From positions 1-49,442 of the forward strand of contig DXXH01000001.1 of the NCBI GenBank assembly GCA_019416395.1: a stretch of DNA of 49,442 bases, read 5' to 3'. Below are positions 9,783 to 20,815 of this stretch, one piece after another (position 1 is the first letter of the stretch; every line of letters starts with the position of its first letter). The notes beneath the pieces were generated by a model, which was not told the DNA's origin, did no database searches, and was given only the letters and a program-made list of their open reading frames with translations. The position numbers were made by a program, and so were the translations under genes. Origin of the DNA: Clostridiales bacterium. Lineage in GTDB: Bacteria > Bacillota > Clostridia > Oscillospirales > Acutalibacteraceae.

Positions 9783-10496
9783 TTATTTCCGCAGGCCCAA
9801 ACGGCGCATCATTTCCTCGTAGGCCTCTTCCACACCGCCCATGTCACGGCGGAAACGGTCCTTATCCAGCTTCTCATGGGTATCGCTATCCCAGAAGCGG
9901 CAGGTATCCGGGGAGATCTCGTCGGCCAGGATAATGGTTCCGTCGGAAGTCTTGCCGAACTCCAGCTTAAAGTCGATCAGGTCCACGTTGACGCCCTTGA
10001 AAAATTCCACCATCAGCTTGTTGATTTTAAAGCTCATCTCCGCGATGGTATCCAGTTCTTCCCGGGTAGCCAGGCCCATAGCGAGAATGTGGTAATCGTT
10101 GACCATGGGATCGCCCAGCTCGTCGTTCTTATAGCTGAATTCCAGTACGGGGGTCTTCAGCGCGGTGCCCTCGGGCAAGCCCAGACGCTTGGACAGGCTG
10201 CCAGCCGCCACATTGCGGACAATCACTTCCAGAGGAATGATCGTCACCTTTTTCACTGCGGTTTCCCGCTCGTTGAGCTCTTCGATGTAATGGGTGGGAA
10301 TGCCCTGTTCCTCCAGCTTGCGGAACATGAAGTTGGACATTTCGTTATTCACCACGCCCTTGCCTACAATGGTGCCCTTTTTCAGACCGTTGAAGGCCGT
10401 CGCGTCGTCCTTGTAGGAAACGATATAGACCTCAGGGTCCTCCGTGGAATAGACCTTTTTGGCTTTTCCTTCATAGAGCAGTTCTTTCTTTTGCAT
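9783..10496 (-). CDS. purC: Phosphoribosylaminoimidazolesuccinocarboxamide (SAICAR) synthase
   Basis: [36 protein letters not shown]. Confidence 0.97.
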   Translation of the reverse strand: MQKKELLYEGKAKKVYSTEDPEVYIVSYKDDATAFNGLKKGTIVGKGVVNNEMSNFMFRKLEEQGIPTHYIEELNERETAVKKVTIIPLEVIVRNVAAGSLSKRLGLPEGTALKTPVLEFSYKNDELGDPMVNDYHILAMGLATREELDTIAEMSFKINKLMVEFFKGVNVDLIDFKLEFGKTSDGTIILADEISPDTCRFWDSDTHEKLDKDRFRRDMGGVEEAYEEMMRRLGLRK

Positions 10497-10585
10497 GATG
10501 GCAAGACCTCCAAAAGCTTGAAATTTTTCCGTCTTTCCCAGGGGAAAAACAGGTACTTATGCAGTAAACAGTCTCATACGGTTCA

Positions 10586-10614
10586 ATTTTAGTAAAAATA
10601 CGCGTAGATGTCAA
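10586..10614 (-). promoter_or_regulatory. SigA promoter of purC-purB-purA
   Basis: TTGACA-17 nt-TAAAAT. Confidence 0.8.
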
Positions 10615-10676
10615 TCTTTTCCCAAAAGATTTTCCACTTCCAAAAAATCGCACAGTTTTTTGGCTTCCCGTAAAAA

Positions 10677-12113
<1,437 letters not shown>

Positions 12114-12163
12114 AAGAACAACGCGCAACCACACAAGCGTTTAATAAATAGGTTCTACATAAC

Positions 12164-12196
12164 GAGAGGGTCCCTTCGGGGGCCCTTTCCTTTTTC
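12164..12196 (+). terminator. gdhA terminator
   Basis: gagagggtccc-ttcg-ggggccctttc followed by a T run. Confidence 0.8.
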
Positions 12197-12465
12197 CCAA
12201 AGTTTCTCCCAAGCCTTCACAGCGACAACCGGGAATTTTCCGAAATCTTTTGGGCGGTTCCACTGATTTTTTGTTCCGCACAAGCTCCTACTCCTTCCTC
12301 CCGAAAAGGACCCTAAGGCTCTCTGCTGTAGAATTTCATTCTCAGCAACTCCTGTCTCCAATCCGAGCCAAAGGTACCAGCGTTAGCCCGTCTGGGTCAA
12401 TTTGTGCGTCCTGTTCCCCTGGAAACAGTATCCTGTGGAAATTTTAAAAAAAGTTAAGAGAACCG

Positions 12466-12495
12466 TTGTTTCTTTCCTTCTATCTGTGCTATCAT
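12466..12495 (+). promoter_or_regulatory. Extended -10 promoter upstream of the structured leader
   Basis: TGcTATCAT at 12487-12495; weak TTGTTT -35 with an 18-nt spacer. Confidence 0.5.
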
Positions 12496-12501
12496 ATCCC
12501 C

Positions 12502-12741
12502 AGTAACCTAAAACGGCCCGGGCAAGGCGTACCGCCAGTATCGCCTTGGAGACGACCACCAACGCCGGAAGATCTCCGGCAGGCGATCTCCAGGCTCAAA
12601 ACGGACATCTTTCCCAGGCAACATAGTCAATATAGATCCCGCTGTATTCGCCTGTGCCTGGCTGCGGGGAAGGCATAGAAAAACCATTGAGAAGGAACGG
12701 AGAGAATCCGCTCCCACGGTTTTTCTCCGTTCCCTTTGTTT
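12502..12741 (+). ncRNA. Putative structured cis-regulatory leader RNA with terminator/antiterminator, class unassigned
   Basis: Multiple complementary segments plus a terminator-like stem (12694-12733) ending about 10 nt before the transporter SD. Confidence 0.5.
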
Positions 12742-12758
12742 CAGAAGGGAAGATTTTT

Positions 12759-13838
12759 TTGAAAGACGCAACGAAAACCCCAGTCTCTCAAACACAGACT
12801 GGATGGGATACTGTCAAATCTTACTTAAGCCTTTACTTTGTGGACGCCATGAGCGCTATGGCCCAAGGGCTATTCGCTTCGCTGCTCATCGGCACCATCA
12901 TTTCCACTTTGGGTACCCAGCTGGGGATCCCCCTGCTCACGGAAATCGGGGACTTTGCCAAATCCATGGCCGGTCCCGCAATGGCTGTGGCCATTGGCTA
13001 TGCTTTGAAGGCACCGCCTCTTGTACTCTTTTCTTTGGCGGCGGTGGGAAGCGCTTCCAACACCCTGGGTGGGGACGGCGGTCCTTTGGCCGTGCTGGTG
13101 CTTGCCATCATCGCCGCGGAGCTGGGCAAGCTGGTGAGCAAAAAAACTCCGGTGGATATTTTGGTGACTCCCTTGGTAACCATTCTTTCCGGCTCCCTGC
13201 TGGCCTATCTCTTAGCGCCACCCATCGGCTCCGCAGCAGCCGCCGTGGGGCAGCTGATCATGTGGGCAACCCAGCTTCAGCCTTTCCTCATGGGGATCTT
13301 TGTCTCCGTACTGGTGGGGATCGCCCTGACACTGCCCATCAGCAGCGCTGCCATCTGCGCCGCCCTAAGCCTGACCGGTTTGGCGGGGGGCGCCGCCGTG
13401 GCTGGCTGCTGCGCTCAAATGGTGGGCTTCGCTGTCATCAGCTTCCGGGAAAACCGCTGGGGCGGCCTGGTAGCCCAGGGTTTGGGTACTTCTATGCTGC
13501 AAGTCCCCAATATCGTTAAAAATCCCCGCATCTGGATCGCTCCCACCTTGGCTTCGGCCATTACCGGGCCCTTGGCCACCTGTCTGTTCCATTTGGAAAT
13601 GAACGGTGCTCCTGTATCCAGCGGTATGGGAACTTGCGGTCTAGTAGGGCAGATCGGCGTAGTGGACGGCTGGCTGAGCGACGTAGCCAACGGCTTAAAG
13701 ACGGCCATCACTCCCATGGACTGGGTGGGGCTGGTTCTGCTGTGCTTTGTACTCCCCGCCTTGCTTTCCTGGATCATCAATCTGGGCCTGCGGAAACTGG
13801 GCTGGGTCAAAGACGGCGATATGAAACTGGACGTATAA
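12759..13838 (+). CDS. PTS EIIC-like membrane transporter (PfoR/PTS_EIIC_2 type)
   Basis: MAQGLFASLLIGTI, LTLPISSAA, GLGTSMLQVPNI, SGMGTCGLVG; polytopic. Probable TTG start at 12759 after gaaggga. Confidence 0.85.
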   Translation: MKDATKTPVSQTQTGWDTVKSYLSLYFVDAMSAMAQGLFASLLIGTIISTLGTQLGIPLLTEIGDFAKSMAGPAMAVAIGYALKAPPLVLFSLAAVGSASNTLGGDGGPLAVLVLAIIAAELGKLVSKKTPVDILVTPLVTILSGSLLAYLLAPPIGSAAAAVGQLIMWATQLQPFLMGIFVSVLVGIALTLPISSAAICAALSLTGLAGGAAVAGCCAQMVGFAVISFRENRWGGLVAQGLGTSMLQVPNIVKNPRIWIAPTLASAITGPLATCLFHLEMNGAPVSSGMGTCGLVGQIGVVDGWLSDVANGLKTAITPMDWVGLVLLCFVLPALLSWIINLGLRKLGWVKDGDMKLDV

Positions 13839-13853
13839 TTCCTTCTCAACAGC

Positions 13854-13885
13854 AAAAGGATCTCCCCGTGGGGAGATCCTTTTTT
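13854..13885. terminator. Bidirectional terminator between the transporter and rlmH
   Basis: aaaaggatctcccc-gt-ggggagatcctttt between convergent genes. Confidence 0.88.
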
Positions 13886-13892
13886 CATTTTC

Positions 13893-14363
13893 TCATTTGT
13901 GATATTTGGTGTTTCCCAAAATTTGAAATCCTCGGTAAATCTGCTCACACAGCATGACTCGGGCCAACTGGTGGGGGAAAGTCATAGGCGACATGGAGAT
14001 TCCTTCCCCAGCGGCTTTGACCGCCGGCGCCAGGCCGTAGGAACTGCCGATGATAAAGCTGACCGCTCCCGGAGACTGCATGGCCTCCGCCAGCCGTTTG
14101 GCCAACCCAGGGGAATCCACCAGTTTTCCTTCAATACACAGGGGGTAAAGTTTTCCCGTACTGTGCCGAAGGATCCCTTCCCCTTCTTTTTCCAACGCCC
14201 CGTCTATCTCACCCTGGGAAGGCTCAGATGGGAGCCGGGCTTCCGGAAGCTCTATCAGCTCCCACTTGCACAAAGGGCGCAACCGCTTTTCATACTCCGC
14301 CACCGCTTGGCGCCAATAGGCTTCTTTCAGCTTTCCCACACAGATCAGCTTTACGCTCAACAT
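13893..14363 (-). CDS. rlmH: 23S rRNA (pseudouridine-1915-N3)-methyltransferase
   Basis: VGKLKE, FIIGSSYGL, MTFPHQLARVMLCEQIYR, KYHK end; start at ATG 14363. Confidence 0.95.
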   Translation of the reverse strand: MLSVKLICVGKLKEAYWRQAVAEYEKRLRPLCKWELIELPEARLPSEPSQGEIDGALEKEGEGILRHSTGKLYPLCIEGKLVDSPGLAKRLAEAMQSPGAVSFIIGSSYGLAPAVKAAGEGISMSPMTFPHQLARVMLCEQIYRGFQILGNTKYHK

Positions 14364-14377
14364 AGGGCTCCCCCCCC

Positions 14378-15160
14378 CTAGAAAATGATCGTTTTCCCTT
14401 CCCCATTTTCCGGGGAAGCCACTTCCAGCCAATAATCCACGCCCTGCCGGTACCCCGCTGCCGCCAAAGCTCCCAAAGACGCCTCTTCCGCCAGAGTAGG
14501 CGTGTTGTTCTCCCGGCTGAGATGGGCCAGAAGGAACCGCTTTGTCCCCGCCTTGGCAAGCTCCGGCAGAAACCCGGCGCAAGCCTTGTTGGAAAGATGG
14601 CCTCTGCCAGAGAGGATCCGCTGCTTGAGATAGAGAGGATATGGCCCGTTACGGAGCATTTCCCCATCGTGATTGGATTCCACCACCACGAACTCCGCCC
14701 CCAGCAAATGCTCTTTTACACAGCTGGTCAGCTCTCCCAAGTCCGTGGCCAAAGCGAATTCCCGATGATCCCCTGTGGTGATGCGGAATCCCAGCGACTG
14801 GGCACTGTCGTGGGGCGTGGGAAAGGGCGTAATCTCCATTCCCGCCAGCTCCAGCGGCCCATCAAGCACCCAGCGCTCCACCCCGTCCAGGGAAGAATCC
14901 ATAGCCATCAGCGTCCCTTGGGAACCAAACACGGGGATCCCGTATTTTTTGGCGAACACCCGCACCCCAGCAACATGGTCGCTGTGCTCATGGGTGATCA
15001 GAATGCCCTGAATCGCCAAGGGATCGATCCCGCACCGGTCCAGCATCTGGGTCAGCTGTTTGGCGCTGCGTCCCGCGTCCAGCAGCAAGCCAGCGCTCCG
15101 GGAACCTATGTAATAGCTGTTGCCTGTACTTCCGCTAAACAACGGACAAAGTCTCGCCAT
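14378..15160 (-). CDS. MBL-fold metallohydrolase (YycJ/WalJ-like)
   Basis: SGSTGNS, THEHSDH, ESNHD, GHLSN, AHLSRENN; murA-MBL-rlmH context. Confidence 0.9.
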   Translation of the reverse strand: MARLCPLFSGSTGNSYYIGSRSAGLLLDAGRSAKQLTQMLDRCGIDPLAIQGILITHEHSDHVAGVRVFAKKYGIPVFGSQGTLMAMDSSLDGVERWVLDGPLELAGMEITPFPTPHDSAQSLGFRITTGDHREFALATDLGELTSCVKEHLLGAEFVVVESNHDGEMLRNGPYPLYLKQRILSGRGHLSNKACAGFLPELAKAGTKRFLLAHLSRENNTPTLAEEASLGALAAAGYRQGVDYWLEVASPENGEGKTIIF

Positions 15161-15230
15161 AGTCGCCTTTCCTTTCCACAAAACAAAAGAGCTGCCGCAT
15201 CGCCTGCCGCAGCCCCCACTCTTTTCAGTT

Positions 15231-16520
15231 TCAGCCGATCTTATCCATCGTTTGGTCCGGTTCCTGGCTACGGTAAATATCCGCCCCCAGATTCACCAGC
15301 TTTTCCACGATGTTTTCATAGCCCCGCTCAATGTACTGGATATCTTCCAGCACTGTGGTGCCTTCCGCTACCAAACCGGCAATCACCATCGCGGCGCCTG
15401 CACGCAGATCCAGCGCCCGCACCGGCGCAGCCTTTAAGTGGTCCACACCTTCCACAATTGCCACTTTCCCATCTACGGTAATCTGGGCGCCCATGCGCCG
15501 CAGCTCGTCCACATACTTAAAACGGTTGCTTTCCCATACGCTTTCATTGACCATACTGGTGCCCCGGGCAATGGACAGCAGTGTGGTAATCTGGGGTTGC
15601 ATATCCGTGGGGAATCCCGGGTGAGGCATGGTTTTCACATTGCATTTCCGCAAAGGCCGGTCGCACACCACCCGCACGGTGTCGTCCCCTTCCTCTACGG
15701 TAACCCCCATCTCCACCAACTTGGCGGAAATGGATTCCAAATGCTTGGGGGTCACGTTCTTCACGGTGACGTCCCCATGGGTAGCGGCTGCCGCTACCAT
15801 ATAGGTGCCGGCCTCGATCTGATCGGGAATAATGGAATAGGCGGCGCCCCGCAGCTTCTGAACTCCATGGATCTTAATGGTATCCGTGCCTGCGCCCCGG
15901 ATATCCGCGCCCATGGTATTCAAAAAGTTGGCCAAGTCCACAATGTGGGGTTCACGGGCAGCATTCTCAATCACCGTCAGGCCCCGGGCCTTCACCGCTG
16001 CCAGCATGATATTCATGGTGGCGCCCACTGTGACCACGTCCAAGTAAATGCTGGCGCCATGCAAGTCCCCAGGCGCCGAAACAGCAATCATGCCGTTATC
16101 CAGGCTGTAATCGCATCCCAACGCTGCAAAACCCTTCAAATGCTGGTCAATGGGACGGATCCCAAAATTGCACCCGCCAGGCATTGGCACCACCGCCTTG
16201 CGGCAGCGTCCCAACAGAGCGCCCAAGAAATAATAGGACGCCCGGATCCGCCGGGCAATATCTGCGGAAACAGTATCTGTCTCCACAGGCCGGGGATCGA
16301 TCTCCACCGTATGACGGTCCACATACTCCACCTTGGCGCCCATATCCTCCAGGATATAGGTCAGGGTCTTTACATCGGAAATATCCGGCAGGTTTTCCAA
16401 GCGGCAAGGAGAATCCGCCAAAATGGTGGCAGGGATAATGGCCACCGCCGCGTTTTTGGCTCCGCTGATATTCACTTCGCCGGTAAGGCGGCAGCCGCCC
16501 TTAATCACATATTTATCCAA
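15231..16520 (-). CDS. murA: UDP-N-acetylglucosamine 1-carboxyvinyltransferase
   Basis: SGAKNAA, PGGCNFGIRPIDQHLKG, PGFPTDMQPQ, DLRAGAA, RGYE; TTG start. Confidence 0.96.
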   Translation of the reverse strand: MDKYVIKGGCRLTGEVNISGAKNAAVAIIPATILADSPCRLENLPDISDVKTLTYILEDMGAKVEYVDRHTVEIDPRPVETDTVSADIARRIRASYYFLGALLGRCRKAVVPMPGGCNFGIRPIDQHLKGFAALGCDYSLDNGMIAVSAPGDLHGASIYLDVVTVGATMNIMLAAVKARGLTVIENAAREPHIVDLANFLNTMGADIRGAGTDTIKIHGVQKLRGAAYSIIPDQIEAGTYMVAAAATHGDVTVKNVTPKHLESISAKLVEMGVTVEEGDDTVRVVCDRPLRKCNVKTMPHPGFPTDMQPQITTLLSIARGTSMVNESVWESNRFKYVDELRRMGAQITVDGKVAIVEGVDHLKAAPVRALDLRAGAAMVIAGLVAEGTTVLEDIQYIERGYENIVEKLVNLGADIYRSQEPDQTMDKIG

Positions 16521-16599
16521 ATTTACACTTCCTAACGGCGTTTAAAGCAAGCTAGCCTGTAGGCCTTTGGTTTACAAAACTAGTATTTGACTGATGATA

Positions 16600-16628
16600 A
16601 TAATAATACATACAAGCTCAAAAGTCAA
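16600..16628 (-). promoter_or_regulatory. SigA promoter for murA
   Basis: TTGACT-17 nt-TATTAT. Confidence 0.6.
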
Positions 16629-16738
16629 TATCAGGGAAGGCTTCCGGACCGTTTCGTCCAAACCTTACAAGAAGCGTCCGGTCCTTCCTTTAGGATACAT
16701 AAAACGCCTTTTTTTCATCACAAATGAGAGAAAAAAAC

Positions 16739-17221
16739 TCAATCTCGGATGGTCCGCAGTTCCAGACTCTCCGGCAACCTGGGCCACTCCTCCCGGAGAA
16801 ACGAGGGGTAAAGCTGTTCCCTTTGCAGATCTTCCTTGGAAAGCCACCGGTACTGGTGGCGCACCCCGTCCGTATCCATCAAACAGAACTCCCCGCCTTC
16901 CGGCAAGCCCTTCTCCGGAAGTTCCACCAGGAAATACACACACAGCTCATGGAAAGGGGTGTTTTCCCCTTCCAACACGAAGAAATTCTCGCAAAACCAC
17001 AGGGGCCGGACAATCTTCCCGGGCAAGTACAGCTCTTCCCCCATTTCCCGGAGCAAGGCTTGTTCCAGGGCTTCGTGAAGCTTCACCCGGCCACCCGGCA
17101 GATACCAATGGCCGATGGTTTCTTCCCGCATGGCAAGGAGTTTCCCTTCACGGCATATCACAGCCGCCACACGGTAGTTAAAATTCCCTTCCGGGGTTTT
17201 GAAGGTGCAGTCCATGGTCAT
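16739..17221 (-). CDS. NUDIX hydrolase
   Basis: Nudix box LPGGRVKLHEALEQALLREMGEEL; start overlaps the plsY stop. Confidence 0.9.
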   Translation of the reverse strand: MTMDCTFKTPEGNFNYRVAAVICREGKLLAMREETIGHWYLPGGRVKLHEALEQALLREMGEELYLPGKIVRPLWFCENFFVLEGENTPFHELCVYFLVELPEKGLPEGGEFCLMDTDGVRHQYRWLSKEDLQREQLYPSFLREEWPRLPESLELRTIRD

Positions 17222-17928
17222 TTTCCTTTTCCCAAGGTGATGGGCTTTTCCTCACCCCGACGCAGGCGGCCAATATTGCTCCGGTGTTTCACCACCACGG
17301 TCAATCCCACAAACAGGGAAGCCGCTGTGGCAAACAGCACATAGGCCAAGCTGTGGTTTCCATGGCTGGGCAAGGGACTTCCGGAAAATTCCACCAACAG
17401 GAGAAACAAAAACGTGAACACCGGGTAGAGTACTGCACAGCAGATGGAAGCCAGGGAAACGATCTTCTTCCAAGCGAACACAATGGCGAAGGTCAATAAC
17501 ACCAGCAAAAATACCCGCCAATCCGTCAAGGCGATCATGGCAGCAGAGGTCACCACGCCTTTGCCGCCTCGGAAACCGTAATACACCGGGAAAATATGCC
17601 CCAGTACACAGGCTACGCCCGCCACATACCGGGCAACGTCGTACAGCTCGGAAGGTTGCAGGCCCGCTCCACCGGCGATCAACAGTACAAACAGCTGGGA
17701 CAGCAGCACTGCCGCCACACATTTGAGGAAATCCCCCACAAAGGTCAGGGCAGCGGGGAGTTTTCCCACACTGCGCAGCACATTGGTCATTCCGGCGTTA
17801 CCGCTGCCATATTTCCGGATATCCTCTTTATTTTTGAAGAACCAGGTAAAAATAATGGAACTGCTGATGCTTCCCAGCAGATATCCCGCTACCGCAGTGA
17901 GCGCCAGTGTTAAAACCTCAAATGCCAT
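17218..17928 (-). CDS. plsY: Glycerol-3-phosphate acyltransferase
   Basis: YLLGSI, GSGNAGMTNVLR, GHIFPVYYGFRGGKGV, HRSNIGRL; follows der. Confidence 0.93.
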   Translation of the reverse strand: MAFEVLTLALTAVAGYLLGSISSSIIFTWFFKNKEDIRKYGSGNAGMTNVLRSVGKLPAALTFVGDFLKCVAAVLLSQLFVLLIAGGAGLQPSELYDVARYVAGVACVLGHIFPVYYGFRGGKGVVTSAAMIALTDWRVFLLVLLTFAIVFAWKKIVSLASICCAVLYPVFTFLFLLLVEFSGSPLPSHGNHSLAYVLFATAASLFVGLTVVVKHRSNIGRLRRGEEKPITLGKGK

Positions 17929-17958
17929 GTGCCTTGCCCGCCTTTCCTATGTCTTGTC

Positions 17959-19284
17959 TTAATCTTTTTCTCCCCGTTCCCGAATGATCATTCGCACCGG
18001 AGTACCTTCCAGCCCAAATGTCTCCCGGATACGGTTCTCCAGGTAACGCTGATAAGAGAAATGGAACAATTCGTGATCGTTACAGAAACAAATAAACGTA
18101 GGGGGCTTGGTAGAAGCCTGTGTCATATAGTAAATCTTCAGCCGCTTGCCTTTATCCGTGGGCGGCTGCACCCGGGCTGTGGCCTGGGCCAGAATATCGT
18201 TTAACGTACCAGTGGTCACCCGCATGGCGTTGGATGAGGCCACCTGCTTGATCAGCTCAAACATGCGATCCAAACGCTGGCCTGTTTTCGCGGAGATAAA
18301 TAAGATTGGCGCATAGGACATGAAGGAGAAATCCTTCTCCAGCTTGGCCCGCATTTCCTGCATGGTCTTGCCGTCCTTCTCAATGGCGTCCCATTTGTTT
18401 ACGCAGATAATACAGCCTTTTCCCGCTTCATGGGCAATTCCCGCCACTTTGGAATCCTGCTCGGTAAATCCCACTTCTGCGTCGATCAGGATCAAACACA
18501 CGTCGGCCCGTTCCACCGCCATCTCCGCCCGCAGGTTGCTGTAATGCTCGATGGCGTCTTCCACTTTGCTCTTCCGGCGCAGGCCCGCTGTATCGATAAA
18601 GGTAAAGGTGCCATGTTCATTCTGAATGGTGGTGTCCACCGCGTCCCGGGTCGTGCCCGCAATGTCCGAGACAATGCACCGGTTCTCCCCCGACACCTTG
18701 TTTACCAAAGAGGATTTTCCCACATTGGGTTTTCCGATCACCGCAACCTTGATGATCTCCCCTTCTTCTTCCTCTTCCTGCTCTTCCGGAAGGACCTCAC
18801 AGATACGGTCCAGCAAGTCCCCAGTACCATGGCCATGGACCGAGGAAACCATCACCGGATCCCCCAAGCCCAGATTATAGAACTCGTAGAATTCTGCGGG
18901 AGGTTCCCCCACCTGGTCGCACTTGTTCACGCACAACACCACAGGGACTCCGCTTTTCAGCAGGATATTGGCCACGTCGGCGTCGGTGGCGGTAACGCCG
19001 GTGCGGATATCGGTGACAAAGATGATGGCGCTGGCGGAGTCAATGGCGATTTGCGCCTGCTCCCGCATCTGCGTCAAAATCACGTCCTTGGACGCCGGCT
19101 CAATACCGCCGGTATCCACCAGGGAAAATTTCCGGCCGCACCATTCCCCGTCGCCAAAGATGCGGTCCCGGGTAACGCCAGGGGTGTCCTCTACAATGGA
19201 GAGCCTGCGTCCCACAATTTTATTGAACAGCGTGGACTTGCCCACATTGGGCCTGCCAACGATGGCCACAATCGGTTTTGCCAT
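17959..19284 (-). CDS. der: Ribosome biogenesis GTPase Der (EngA)
   Basis: Two G-domains (GRPNVGKS, GKPNVGKS), DTGG/DTAG, NKCD/NKWD. Confidence 0.98.
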   Translation of the reverse strand: MAKPIVAIVGRPNVGKSTLFNKIVGRRLSIVEDTPGVTRDRIFGDGEWCGRKFSLVDTGGIEPASKDVILTQMREQAQIAIDSASAIIFVTDIRTGVTATDADVANILLKSGVPVVLCVNKCDQVGEPPAEFYEFYNLGLGDPVMVSSVHGHGTGDLLDRICEVLPEEQEEEEEGEIIKVAVIGKPNVGKSSLVNKVSGENRCIVSDIAGTTRDAVDTTIQNEHGTFTFIDTAGLRRKSKVEDAIEHYSNLRAEMAVERADVCLILIDAEVGFTEQDSKVAGIAHEAGKGCIICVNKWDAIEKDGKTMQEMRAKLEKDFSFMSYAPILFISAKTGQRLDRMFELIKQVASSNAMRVTTGTLNDILAQATARVQPPTDKGKRLKIYYMTQASTKPPTFICFCNDHELFHFSYQRYLENRIRETFGLEGTPVRMIIRERGEKD

Positions 19285-19366
19285 AAGCTTTCACCAACCT
19301 TTTCCTACATACTTCCGGCGCAGGAACCCAGTTCCTGCCCTTCTCCGCAACAGCCGTTCTGCCGGA

Positions 19367-20728
19367 TCACCGGTGCTCCCAAGAAGCCTCGTAAGGGTTA
19401 TGCCCCGGGGCCGCAGGCGCAGGATTCCCGGCGATGGCTGCCGCCAGCGCTTCCCCGGTATTCTCCACCCGCCGGACCGGCACGCCCAAAGCGGCAGACA
19501 GCTCTTCCACCGTCATGTCGTCCAGGAAAATGTCCTCTCCTGCCCGGAGCATATTGGACGAGAGAAGCACCTCGTCCCCCAGCTCCCGGCCCTTGAGATT
19601 CTTCAGCACGTCCTGACCGGTGAGCAGCCCGGTCACATTTACTGTGCCCCCAAAGAAATCGTTTTTGACCGGCACAAGATCGATACTACAATTATGACAT
19701 TTCTCCCGTAATCCGTCAAGAAGCTGGTTCAGGAAGGCGTAACACCCTTCCCCGGTGGGAATGGTCACCTTCCGGGGAGCTTCCGGCAAGACAAGATCTT
19801 CCAAAGCCCAATCGAACTCGTCTTGCAGGTTCCGCAGCATTCCCACACCGTTTTCGATCTGGGGAAAATCCTCGTAAAACTCCAGGGGTGGAATGGGACG
19901 TTTGGCCAGCAGATACAGCTCGTCGGAACCATACACCGTCCGGGAACCACGTTCCTTCTTCCATTTTTCCCCCCAGCGCTCCAAAATGTCCAACACCTCA
20001 CCGGCGGTTTGCTGGTTATATGGAACCAAGGGGTACAGCCCTTCCCGGAAACGAGTCAGGCCCACAGGCACACAGGCCACGCTGAGCAGCCCTTCCCCAA
20101 GGGAATAAAGCTTCTCCAAGGAGCTTTCCAGAGCCGGGCCGTCGTTGATTCCCGGGCATAAAACGATCTGGCAGTTGAGCTTTACGCCCCCTTCCGCCAA
20201 ACGGTACAAATGCCGCAAGGATTCCCCTGCAAAACGGTTGTGCATCATCTTGCACCGCAGCTCCGGATCCATGGTGTGCACGGAAACATTGATGGGGCTG
20301 ATGTGCATGGCAAGAATCCGGTCGATCTCCCGGTCGTCGATGTTAGTCAGGGTAATATAATTGCCAAACAGGAAGGAAAGCCGGTCGTCATCGTCTTTGA
20401 AGTACAGGGTTTCCCGCATGCCCGGGGGCATTTGGTCGATGAAACAGAAAATACACTGGTTCCGGCAAGACCGCTGCTTGTCCATCAGGTAGGTTTCAAA
20501 CTCCAAGCCGATCTCTGCATACTGGGGCTTGACCAGCTCCACCTGGTAGGGCTTCCCGTCCCGGGACAGGGTCAGCCGCAACTCCCGCTCCGTTTCCAAA
20601 AAGCGGTAATCCAACACGTCCACAATCTCCTTGCCGTTGATGGACAGCAGCATGTCCCCCGGCTGAATCCCCAACCGCTGGGCACGGCTTTTCGCCTCTA
20701 CCCCGTCGATTCTCACAGCCATCGTCAT
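19367..20728 (-). CDS. PDZ-containing radical-SAM-like DUF512 protein
   Basis: N-terminal PDZ-like segment, CRNQCIFC (CxxxCxxC), YFKDDDDRLSF, QIENGVGM; upstream of der. Confidence 0.9.
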   Translation of the reverse strand: MTMAVRIDGVEAKSRAQRLGIQPGDMLLSINGKEIVDVLDYRFLETERELRLTLSRDGKPYQVELVKPQYAEIGLEFETYLMDKQRSCRNQCIFCFIDQMPPGMRETLYFKDDDDRLSFLFGNYITLTNIDDREIDRILAMHISPINVSVHTMDPELRCKMMHNRFAGESLRHLYRLAEGGVKLNCQIVLCPGINDGPALESSLEKLYSLGEGLLSVACVPVGLTRFREGLYPLVPYNQQTAGEVLDILERWGEKWKKERGSRTVYGSDELYLLAKRPIPPLEFYEDFPQIENGVGMLRNLQDEFDWALEDLVLPEAPRKVTIPTGEGCYAFLNQLLDGLREKCHNCSIDLVPVKNDFFGGTVNVTGLLTGQDVLKNLKGRELGDEVLLSSNMLRAGEDIFLDDMTVEELSAALGVPVRRVENTGEALAAAIAGNPAPAAPGHNPYEASWEHR

Positions 20729-20759
20729 TCTCCCCTTCCTACCGGCAAAATCCGCCGGT

Positions 20760-20798
20760 AAAAATAAAGAAGGGAGCGCTTTCCCCGCGTTCCCTTCT
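20760..20798 (-). terminator. Terminator after rpmF
   Basis: agaagggaacgc / gcgctcccttct stem followed by ttatttt on the minus strand. Confidence 0.7.
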
Positions 20799-20815
20799 CA
20801 CCATTGCTTGAAAAT

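Noticed and set aside
12502..12665. Calling the leader a canonical glycine, lysine, T-box or ZTP riboswitch, or 6S RNA
   Set aside because: Glycine P1 does not pair, AGAGGUGC and the T-box GGUGGNACC are absent, and the bubble is too asymmetric for a confident 6S call, so it is left unassigned
14370..14378. G9 tract (minus strand) just upstream of rlmH, a possible phase-variation site
   Set aside because: It is intergenic, and length change would alter neither the reading frame nor the GGAG-to-ATG spacing
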